This document shows positions 1 through 8,500 of a stretch of 64,000 nucleotides of DNA, piece after piece (the first letter of the stretch is position 1; every line of letters starts with the position of its first letter). Below the pieces are notes generated by a model. It was not told where the DNA came from. It was given only the letters and a program-made list of their open reading frames with translations, and did no database searches. A program made the translations under genes and the position numbers. Source of the DNA: a plasmid; sequence record NZ_CP118918.1, one strand, 5' to 3'.

Positions 1-97
1 TGGGCGTCAATGCTGCTGGTATCGAGTCAGATCGGCGGGAAGAACGTCGAGAATCGGACAGATTCCACCGACTATCGCGGTCCGGTACTGATTTACG

Positions 98-1201
98 GTG
101 GTACCCGCATCGACCAGGCTGGCATCGAACTCGGTGAGCAGCTGGGTATGCGAGAGATGGCCTTTCATTGCGACCAGCAAGGCTGGCTCGGCGCAACCGT
201 ACTTGTGGACGTACATCGGGCCCAAGGGTGCTGCGCCCCGTGGGGGACGACTCCGTTTAACCCCGGCCAGCCCAAGTATCACTGGGTGTTCGAGTCTCCC
301 GCACGACTGGCTGCGCGGCCATGGCACGACAACGCCAAGGGGTTTGACGGGCTGCGGCCGGTGTCGTGGTCGGCCCTGGTCAGCCGCAAGGCTGCACGGT
401 ACGCCCGGCGACAAGGAGTGTCCGGTGCATCCAGGTGAGGGCGATGAGCAGGGCTGCTGGCAACAGTGGCGCACCGACCGTGACCGCGACGAGCAACGTC
501 GGGTAGCCCAGCAACGGCGCGACCGCAAGGTCCGCAACAAGCTCAGTCGCGTCGTGGACGTCCTTGACGAGCTGCTCGGCCCCGGTGAGCAGCAGCCCCG
601 TTGCCTCGGTGAGGTCGCGGACTTCTATGGCGTGAGCCAGTACCGGCTCTCAGCGGTGCTTGAGAAGCACCGCGACGAGTTCAGCCGAGATGGTTGGCAA
701 CCGCATCACCGTGGCCACGACGGGCACGACCTTTGGACTGACCGTGCTGTCGTACGAGCAGGACTGCTACTGGAAAAGTCCTCTGTAGCAGCCCATCTGC
801 GGCACCTGCTCGGTGTAGGAGATATTCCGCTGGTGTACTCCCAAAGTGATGCCCGCCTGGCTGAATGCCGGCAGCTCTACAACAAGGCTCTGACGGTCGT
901 TGCTGATATCCACGGCGAGTCCAGCACCGACGATCTGTGGCGAGCAATGCAGGGTGCGGATCGGTACGACCTGATGGCGATGGTGATGACCTTGGCCTCC
1001 CTGACCCCCTACGACCGTCCCAGCTTGGGGCAGTGGCTACGCGACATCAGCGCCCTCACCACAAAGGACGGCAGTATCGCTCGCGGTCTGGCGCTGCTGA
1101 TCCCTCAACGTCAAGCTATCGATGCGCGAAAACTCAAAGAGTCCGGGTCCGCACGATCGCACAGAGCGCGGGCCGACGACGAAGGAGCGGTGTGCCAATG
1201 A
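98..1201 (+). CDS. hypothetical protein (start uncertain; GC3 is convincing only from ~425 onward, alternative GTG start at 425)
   Basis: Long ORF with high third-position GC from ~440. Its stop TGA (1199-1201) overlaps the ATG (1198) of the next gene. No recognisable motif. Confidence 0.4.
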   Translation: MVPASTRLASNSVSSWVCERWPFIATSKAGSAQPYLWTYIGPKGAAPRGGRLRLTPASPSITGCSSLPHDWLRGHGTTTPRGLTGCGRCRGRPWSAARLHGTPGDKECPVHPGEGDEQGCWQQWRTDRDRDEQRRVAQQRRDRKVRNKLSRVVDVLDELLGPGEQQPRCLGEVADFYGVSQYRLSAVLEKHRDEFSRDGWQPHHRGHDGHDLWTDRAVVRAGLLLEKSSVAAHLRHLLGVGDIPLVYSQSDARLAECRQLYNKALTVVADIHGESSTDDLWRAMQGADRYDLMAMVMTLASLTPYDRPSLGQWLRDISALTTKDGSIARGLALLIPQRQAIDARKLKESGSARSHRARADDEGAVCQ

Positions 1202-2034
1202 GTTCCGCGTCCCACGCTCGCTCACCGATAGCCGAACGGCGTACTCGCGCTGAGCAGACCGAACGGCAGATTGCCTGCCTGTTACCTCCGCACACCCACT
1301 ACGTTCAACCACTCTCGGGAACGCTGGAAGTTCTGCTTCACAAGCCGTGCAGCCCGCTAGAGACGGTCAATGATGTGGATTCCGAGCTGGTCACGTTCTG
1401 GAGGGTCCTACGCGATCGGCCCGACGACCTTGCGCGGGCCTGTTCGTTGACCCCGCACTCGCGGGTGGAGTTCACCTCCGCGATTAGCGGTTCCCGACTT
1501 CCTCGTGACACCAACGAGGTGGAGGTTGCCCGACGAGTATGGGTCCGGCTCAATCATAGTCAAACTGGTGCTGCGCGGATGCGTCCGCAATGGCAGAACA
1601 CCGCAGCGCACCGCAGGACGGCGCCGGGCCATGATACTGCCATTGCTCAGATGACCGAGGTCGCCACCCGAATCAAGAGGGTGAGCCTGGAATCGGCCGC
1701 TCCTGTGGAGCTGATCGACTCGGTTGCGCGCCAACCCGGGGTGTGCATCTACCTCGACCTGCGAACCGAGGTCTTCGGCGCCCAGGGCGCCAGTCTCATC
1801 CATCACGCACGCGTCGACCCGACGCAGGTACTTCGGGCCGCGTCGAAGGCGAAAGCTGCCGTCGTGATCCGCGCCGAGCGCGATACGGTAGCGCACAGTC
1901 CTGTACACAGCTGGGCGTGCACGCCAGTGGGGGAGCACCGGGATAGCGCCACGGTGCACTTGTGGTCAAACCGTGTGCTGTCGATGCAAGAGCGTCTTTT
2001 CGACCTTGGCGACTACGGGTGGGCAGCAACGTGA
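1198..2034 (+). CDS. Dam-like (D12-class N6-adenine) methyltransferase homologue with degenerate SAM-binding and catalytic motifs
   Basis: HTHYVQPLSGTLEVLL...NDVDSELVTFWRVLRDRP aligns with the canonical Dam-type N-terminus at 3869 (HSHYVEPYAGGLSVL). The EPxxGG motif is replaced by QPLSGT, and the DPPY position appears as IYLDLRTE. ATGA start/stop coupling with the upstream ORF. Confidence 0.5.
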   Translation: MSSASHARSPIAERRTRAEQTERQIACLLPPHTHYVQPLSGTLEVLLHKPCSPLETVNDVDSELVTFWRVLRDRPDDLARACSLTPHSRVEFTSAISGSRLPRDTNEVEVARRVWVRLNHSQTGAARMRPQWQNTAAHRRTAPGHDTAIAQMTEVATRIKRVSLESAAPVELIDSVARQPGVCIYLDLRTEVFGAQGASLIHHARVDPTQVLRAASKAKAAVVIRAERDTVAHSPVHSWACTPVGEHRDSATVHLWSNRVLSMQERLFDLGDYGWAAT

Positions 2035-2369
2035 CCACAGCCGACACCATCGCTATTCGCGAGCAGCTGGTCGCGGTGTTGCGGGCCGCCGAAGCACCGA
2101 TGACTAGCGCCGAGCTGGCCAGCGTTCTACCGTGGCAGACCCACCGTCTCGATGTGGGCTGCGAGCTGGTGTGTCACGCACCTCGCCGGCCCACGGCGAT
2201 GCGGGTGGTCGAGTGTCATCGAACCTGGCATCTGGTGAGTCGTCCGCGGTCCTCACAGGACTCGCGCACAGGGATATATCGACATCTGAGGAGCTTGGCC
2301 CGTGCAGGGACCATCCGATCGATTGCATTGGGGCCGAGAAAAGTTCAGTGGGAGTTCGTAGGTGAATAG
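2031..2369 (+). CDS. small hypothetical protein, possible winged-helix DNA-binding
   Basis: GTG at 2031 overlaps the TGA of the upstream gene (GTGA). 'TSAELASVL' is an HTH-like stretch. Frame has high GC3. Confidence 0.3.
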   Translation: MTTADTIAIREQLVAVLRAAEAPMTSAELASVLPWQTHRLDVGCELVCHAPRRPTAMRVVECHRTWHLVSRPRSSQDSRTGIYRHLRSLARAGTIRSIALGPRKVQWEFVGE

Positions 2370-2379
2370 GAGAGTGACG

Positions 2380-2631
2380 ATGAGCAGGATCACCGTGTAC
2401 ACCAAGCCCAACTGCGTGCAGTGCACCGCGACGTTCAAGGCGCTCGACAAAGCGGGCATCACCTACGCGAAAGTCGACATCAGCGTCGATGCCGAGGCCC
2501 GCGACTACGTGATGGCCCTGGGCTACCTGCAAGCCCCCGTCGTGGTGGCCGGCGATGAGCACTGGAGCGGCTTCCGACCCGACCGCATCTCCGAAGTCAC
2601 GGCTCCAGCACTCGCGCAGCTATCCATGTAG
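2380..2631 (+). CDS. nrdH: NrdH-redoxin (glutaredoxin-like), copy 1
   Basis: MSRITVYTKPNCVQCTATFKALDKAGITYAKVDIS...LGYLQAPVVVAGDEHWSGFRPDRI. CVQC redox motif and NrdH length. Confidence 0.8.
   Translation: MSRITVYTKPNCVQCTATFKALDKAGITYAKVDISVDAEARDYVMALGYLQAPVVVAGDEHWSGFRPDRISEVTAPALAQLSM
2392..2590. repeat. inverted repeat arm 1 (nrdH copy), ~95% nt identity to the reverse complement of 16700-16900
   Basis: Nucleotide stretches accaagcccaactgcgtgcagtgcaccgcg... and ttcaaggcgctcgacaaagcggg.atcacctacgcgaaagtcgacatcagcgtcgat occur in both copies, in inverted orientation. Confidence 0.8.
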
Positions 2632-2663
2632 CGGTACAAACACTAGCGGGAGAAGAAGACCTC

Positions 2664-3872
2664 ATGACAGTCGTGGCGACCCCGTTTCAGGTCGGGGAAC
2701 ACGTGGTAGACGATGTGCATTGCCTTGAGGGACAACAGATTCTCCGAGAGGCCAAAGCAGCGAGATCACGCCCGCTGTGTTTGTGCCAGCCCGCCGGGGT
2801 ACAGATGTATATCGCTGCCGCTGGCGACAGCCTCATTGTCAAACGAATGCCCGGCACGGCGGCCGCACATGACCATCGGTGCCGGTCGTGGCTGCCTCCC
2901 AGCGAGCTATCGGGCTATGGCGCCGTTGCCGACCGGTCGATCGTTGACAACCCTGCCGACGGAACAACCACGCTGCGACTGGGATTTTCGCTGTCGAAGT
3001 CCGGCAATCGTGCCGCTCCAGAGCCTTCCGGATCGCCGGCAAGCGCGGTGCAGTCGGACGGCAACAAGTTATCCCTACGCGCTGTGCTGCACTATCTCTG
3101 GGATGAGGCGGAACTGACGACGTGGCACCCGGGCTTTGCGGGGCGGCGGCCGTGGGGTGTGGTGTACCGCCGGCTCCGGGATGCCGCCGATGGCAAGCTA
3201 GTCCGCAAAAGCCCCTTCGCCGCATCGTTGTTCATCCCGGAGCCCTTCTCGGCCGACTGCAAGGCCGAGATCGAGCAACGCCGGATTAAGGCTTGGGCTC
3301 CAGCGCGTAGACAGCCGGGGAAGCCCACCAAATTCCTGATCGGCGTGGGCGATATCAAGGCGATTGAGCCAGCCGCCCACGGGTTCAAGATGCAGGTCCG
3401 CCACCAGCCGGGCCACCCCTGGTTTCTCGATGAAGACCTGTACCGAAAAATGACCAAGCGCTTCGCCACAGAGCTGGAACTCTGGCAGATGGCTGATGCA
3501 GGTGACGTGCGGTTGGTGGCGGTAGCTACCTTCTCCGTGTCTCGGGCTGGTTACGCCAACGTAGAACAACTCTCTTTGATGACGACCGATCACAACTGGC
3601 TACCCTTCACCAGCGATGCCGAGCGCACCCTGCTGACAACTGCAATCGCAGATGATCGGTGTTTCCGGAAGGTATTGCCTTACAACGGGAGTTCCACAGC
3701 CTTGGCCTCTTTAATCTTCACCGACACCGCCCCGGCGATAGCCGCATTCATCGATCGCTGTGGAGGCGAGGACGACGACGACGACGAATCGATCGCGGGG
3801 CTTCCGGTCTGGAACTGGCGTACCGATGAAGATATGCCGGATTTGCCGTCACCTCTCGACGGTTCGGAATGA
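2664..3872 (+). CDS. hypothetical protein (402 aa), acidic DDDDDE C-terminus
   Basis: Continuous high-GC3 ORF. Its stop overlaps the ATG of the Dam-like gene at 3869 (ATGA). Confidence 0.5.
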   Translation: MTVVATPFQVGEHVVDDVHCLEGQQILREAKAARSRPLCLCQPAGVQMYIAAAGDSLIVKRMPGTAAAHDHRCRSWLPPSELSGYGAVADRSIVDNPADGTTTLRLGFSLSKSGNRAAPEPSGSPASAVQSDGNKLSLRAVLHYLWDEAELTTWHPGFAGRRPWGVVYRRLRDAADGKLVRKSPFAASLFIPEPFSADCKAEIEQRRIKAWAPARRQPGKPTKFLIGVGDIKAIEPAAHGFKMQVRHQPGHPWFLDEDLYRKMTKRFATELELWQMADAGDVRLVAVATFSVSRAGYANVEQLSLMTTDHNWLPFTSDAERTLLTTAIADDRCFRKVLPYNGSSTALASLIFTDTAPAIAAFIDRCGGEDDDDDESIAGLPVWNWRTDEDMPDLPSPLDGSE

Positions 3873-4081
3873 CCCCTTACCAGGTTGGAACAAACGCATT
3901 GTCAGCAACTGCCTTACGTCCGCCGTTCGCCTACTTCGGCGGTAAGCAGAAGATCGCCGTGGACATCGCCGAACTGCTAGCAGGCCATAGCCACTACGTG
4001 GAACCGTATGCTGGCGGACTCTCAGTATTGCAACTATCAATCACTATGGCCGTCCACTCACCCGAACCTGATGCCACGTGA
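3869..4081 (+). pseudogene. D12-class (Dam-like) N6-adenine DNA methyltransferase, N-terminal 70 aa only; disrupted by an IS21 remnant
   Basis: PPFAYFGGKQKIAVDIAELLAGHSHYVEPYAGGLSVL is the canonical Dam-family N-terminus with SAM motif I. The ORF terminates after 70 aa where istB-derived sequence begins. Confidence 0.7.
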
Positions 4082-4413
4082 ACAGCGTTGCGCCGGACCC
4101 CATTGGGCCGTCAAATCAGACATCATTCAACTGACTCTTGAGACAAGAGCTGGGCTACATGGAACTGGATCGCCGCGGCGCCGAGCTGCTGTTCCAGGTG
4201 CTCACCGAACGCGAAGAGAAAGCCTCGGTGGCCATTGCGTCAAACGAAAGCTTCTCCGGGTGGACCAAAACGTTCACCGACCCACGGTTGTGCGCAGCCA
4301 TCGTCGACCGACTCACCTTCGGCGGCAACATCATCGAAACCGGCACCGACTCCTTCCGCCTAGCGCACACCCGCGCCAAGACCAGCAACCAGAACCAGCC
4401 AACCGGTGACTGA
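4082..4413 (+). mobile_element. IS21-family remnant: C-terminal fragment of the IstB helper ATPase (coding 4138..4413)
   Basis: ELGYMELDRRGAELLFQVLTEREEKASVAIASNESFSGWTKTFTDPRLCAAIVDRLTFGGNIIETGTDSFRLAHT matches the IstB C-terminus. No istA and no IstB N-terminus are present. Confidence 0.7.
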
Positions 4414-4972
4414 GGATCTGCTCATCAAGCAGATCAGCTGCACCAGCGCTCCTCCGCCATGAGCCTCCACGGACCCCTTGCTAGGTAACCAGCTCGGCAG
4501 CATTTCCGGTTGCTGGCGACGGTTCAGCCTCCCAGACAACGCACATGGGCAGTGTCCCAGTATCGAAGAACTCGCGAGCCGCTTGAAGCATCACACCGTG
4601 GTCGACCAAACACCGAGGAAAGAAGCCGACCGTGGCATCACCGCGGGCGAACTCCACTTCACCGCCGCCGGCATCACCATCTCCCACACTGTGAAGCGGC
4701 GATTGGGATCGATCGTTGTCGGCAAACAGCAGCAGCCCGCCGCTTTGATGCCCCACCCCCAGCGACAAGGTTCCCGCCGAGCCAGCCACGCTCACCAACA
4801 CCGGCGCAGACCCTGATTTCGCCAGTGACTCAAGACGAGACTCCAGCTCTTCAGCATCGTTGACGTGCACTTCCTGGTCATCCCAACGGAGCAACATTCC
4901 TCAATTATCCGTGAACGCGATCAAAGCGCCACCCGCTCCTCGAAGCACACCAACTCGGCGTCAGCTGCCCGG

Positions 4973-5040
4973 GTGACTCCCAAATTCGTGAGCACAATCG
5001 CCTCCAAGGACACCCTGGCGACTCCGAAATTCGTGATCAA
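4973..5040 (+). promoter_or_regulatory. pair of 20-bp direct repeats GACTCC(C/G)AAATTCGTGA upstream of the 5101 gene
   Basis: 4973-4994 GTGACTCCCAAATTCGTGAGCA and 5019-5040 GCGACTCCGAAATTCGTGATCA, 18/20 identical, 46 bp apart, 60-130 bp upstream of the start codon. Confidence 0.4.
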
Positions 5041-5100
5041 ACGACTCCCGAATCAACGATCAAAACCAGCCGCAATCAGCGCGGAATAGGGCTTCCGCAC

Positions 5101-5541
5101 ATGTCGTACCCGCAGCGGACGATGGGGTACATGAACGAGAACAACAGCAACCGGTGTGTGATTCGCATTCTGGGTTTAGTTGACGGGACGCCAACCGATT
5201 TCGACGGCCAGTATGTGGTTGAGTACGACCCGAGCAGGACCGGCACGCAGCCAGTGACAGGTAAACCCATGCCGGTATTCCATCTGGTGACCACCCCCGA
5301 TATCAGTCAAGCGACGCGGTTCACTCCCGACGAGACGGTCGACCTGTACCGCGCCGTAGACCAACGTAACCCGATCCGGGCTGATGGTGAACCGAATCGC
5401 CCTCTCACTGCGTTCAGTGTGGAGACCGACACCCTTGCGGCGGCGCTGCCGCCTGCGGGATGGCACGTCGATCCGCACAATTCGCGCTACTGGCGCTGGT
5501 GGGACGGTACGGCCTGGACCAGCCATATCGCGGCGCGATGA
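5101..5541 (+). CDS. hypothetical protein with C-terminal DUF2510-like motif
   Basis: The C-terminus AGWHVDPHNSRYWRWWDGTAWTSH resembles the actinobacterial DUF2510 signature (W..P.....RYWDG..WT). Confidence 0.5.
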   Translation: MSYPQRTMGYMNENNSNRCVIRILGLVDGTPTDFDGQYVVEYDPSRTGTQPVTGKPMPVFHLVTTPDISQATRFTPDETVDLYRAVDQRNPIRADGEPNRPLTAFSVETDTLAAALPPAGWHVDPHNSRYWRWWDGTAWTSHIAAR

Positions 5542-5598
5542 TTCGGCAGTAGCGCAGCCGGGGACGTTCACGGCGTCGAGCTGCGTGTTCACAGGTTC

Positions 5599-8500
5599 CT
5601 ACCCACCTCGGCTGAATCCCTCGTCACGGTGAGCGGCGTTCCACATGCGGGTGTGGAGATCATGGGCGGTGGTGTTGCGCTGCTGGGCTTTTCGGTGGCG
5701 TTGCAGGGCGGTGGTGATGGCGGGTGTGTGGTGGTCGGGGTGTAGTCCGGCGGCTTGGGTGAGGGCTGCGTTGCTGTCGGGGCTGGCGTCGAAGTGGTTG
5801 ATGCGGCCGGTGGCGGCGGTGAGCACTGGCGACCACCGCAGTTCGGTGTGTAGCAGTTTCAGTAGTGGGGCGGCCGGTGGTGGTGGCCAGGTGGCGGTGT
5901 TGGTGTCGAGCAGGATGATCCGGGCGTGGGCGGTTGCCGCGGTCTCGGTGAGGTCGGCGATCGTTTCGGGGGAAATGTGTTCGGCGCGGTCGATGACGAC
6001 GATGGTGCCCGGTGCGCTGTCGTGCAGGTCCAGGGTGGCGGCGTCGATGACTGTGTTGGCGATCGGGGACAGGTCCGCATTGTCACAGATGGTGGCGGGA
6101 GCAGCCCAGATCAGCGGACGCTGCGCGTCGTGGGCGGCGCGTTCAAGGTGTTTCATCATGGGCAGCAGCGCGGCCCGGTCGGAGGCGTGCGCGGCGGTCA
6201 GCACGAACGGTGCATCGGTAAGCCGTCGTAGGCGGTCGGTGTCGATGTCGGGGTGTTCGCTGATCGGCAGTCGCTCTTGGAAAGCATGTTGACCGGCAGC
6301 GTCGAGCACCCGCAGTTCGGTGTCGATGCGGGGCAGCAGCTCGGTGATGTGTTCGGCGGTGCTGCGCTGTGCACGCGCGAATGCCTGTGCTGCGGCGAGC
6401 TCGGCGCGGTGGAGCTGGTCGCGCAGCGCTGCGCGGTCGGCGCGATGTCGGGCCAGCAGTGTGTCATCGTCGGCGCGGCATCGGCGCAGCAGTGCGTCGG
6501 CGTCGGCGTGGGTGACGATGTGCTCGCTGCCGCCGGCCGCGGCGGCGCGGGCTGCGGTGGCTTCGTCGAATGCGGGATGGAACTGTTCGGCGGGGCTGGT
6601 TGGGGGCAGCTGGTAGCTGGTCAGGAAGTTCAGGTGCTGGGTGGCCGAGGCGATATCGAGGGGGTCGGCGTCTGGGTCGGCGCGCAGGGTGTCGAGTTCG
6701 GTGCGGGCGTGGCCGATGAGTTCGAGGGCTTCGGCGTAGGTGGTTTCGGCGTGATGCCATTGGTCGAGCACGGCTTCGACGCGTGCCAGGAAAGGCCGGT
6801 CGGCGTCGGCCGCGGCGCGCATGCGCCGCAGTTCGTCGGTGGCGGCCAGGACGTGGGGTCCGCCACCGGCGGTCACGTGGGCGGCCAAGGCGCGTACCTG
6901 GGCGTCGGCGGCGGCGTAGCGGTCGCGCAGCGCGTGGACGTCGGCGCGGTGGGCGGCCAGCGCGGCGGCGGGGCTGGGCCGCACGGTGCTCAGGCTGTCG
7001 AAGTCGATCCCTGTATCGGGGGTGAAGTAGTCGTCGGCGTGCTCGGGTGGGGGCAGTTGATCGTCGGGGGCGGTGGGCTCGGTGAGGTCGTAGTCGTCTA
7101 GTCCGAGTGCGGCGGCAAGGTTGTTGGGGTCGGCCAACACGTCGTCGTGAGCGTGCTGGCGCCCCGGTGGTGTGTTCTCGATGTCGGGGTGCAGATGGGC
7201 GAGTTCTTCGTGTTCCTCCGGTGTCAGGGGCGCGGTGTCGGGCAGGGGAATGTCGTGGTCATAGGGGTCGGCGGTGGTGAACACCTCGATCGAGTAGGTG
7301 AGCAGTCGGGCGTACTCGTCGGGCCGTAAATGGTGGGTCAGGTGGGCGTCGGCGTCATAGAGATGTTCGGCGGCCACATGCAGCAGATCGCGCGGTGTCC
7401 ACTGGTCGGGGTCGGCGTTGCCGATCGCGGACACCAGTGCGGGGAAGGCGGGATCGGCGGCGATGGTTTCGGCCAGTTCGGTGCCGAACACGGTGTGCAG
7501 ATCGGGTAGCCAGTCCGGGCGCAGCCCACCGTTGGCGGTCTCCAACACCGCTGGTGTGAGGGTGCCGCACAGTCGCCACCACAATGCGGCGGCGGGCAGT
7601 TCGTCGGGCAGCGGGCGCTCAGCGGCGACGGTGCGTACGAGTTGGGTGATGTTGACTCCGGTGCGCGCGGCCGCGGCCAGGTGGTGGGCCAGCTGCGGCC
7701 AGTAGGGGTCGTGGCGGATGTGCGGGTTGATGGAGTCGATGAGGGTGTCGTAGCGGTTGGTGGTGGCATCAGCGCCGATGAGTTCGGCGGCGCGTTGTTC
7801 GAGTCCGCGTTGGGCGGCGCGGGTGCGGGCGGGGTATTGCTCGGCGCCGGCGATGCGGGTGTCGTTGTCCTCGACGGCGGTTGCGGCGCGATACACGGCC
7901 AGCTCGGCAGCCAGTTCAAGGTCTGTGCCGACCAGCGGTCGTGCCCATCGCGGCGCGGTCGCTGCGCTCCACTGGCGTGCGGTGGCGGTGACCTCGGCGG
8001 CCAGGTCGGTGACCCGCTGTGCGCGGGCGGCCAGGTAGGTGTGCCACTGCGGGTCGGCGGCCAGACGTTCGGGGATGGCGGGCAGCCAGGGCAGTGGGCC
8101 GGCGCCACCGGAGTGTGCACCGGTCGGATCGAGGCGCCAGTCGATGACCGCGGCTGGGTCGGCGGCGTTGTCGAATCCGCCGGAGGCGACCACTTTGTCG
8201 AGCCGTTTGAGGGGGTGGATGCCGGCGGCGGCGATCAACGCGAGGTGCTGGCGTAGCACCGGCCAGGCGGTAGCGGTGGTCAGTCCGGGCACGAGTTTCT
8301 CGGCGTGGGAATCCAGCTCGGCGTGCTGGGCGGGGCTCAGGCGTGATTCGGCGGCGGTGCCGACGGCGTGGGCGTACATCTGGGTGGCGGCGGCCAGGCG
8401 GGCAGCCGGGTCGGTGGCGGCGCGGGCCGCACTGGTGGCCGAGACTTGCGCAGCATCGCGGGCCAGGGCACGGGTCAATACGTCCACGGCGGTGTCGGGG

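Noticed and set aside
7-540. ORFs 7..540(-) and 10..438(+) at the window start.
   Set aside because: Three overlapping frames with similar moderate GC3, and the window edge prevents resolution. I kept only the frame that continues with high GC3 into 98..1201.
2104-2562. Antisense ORFs over both nrdH copies (2104..2562-, 16729..16944+).
   Set aside because: Opposite strand of the clearly recognisable NrdH-redoxin genes.
4478-4897. ORFs 4481..4897(-) and 4478..4816(+) between the IS21 remnant and the direct repeats.
   Set aside because: Mutually exclusive, no motifs. Probably residual IS21 terminal sequence and intergenic DNA. The minus ORF remains a weak possibility.
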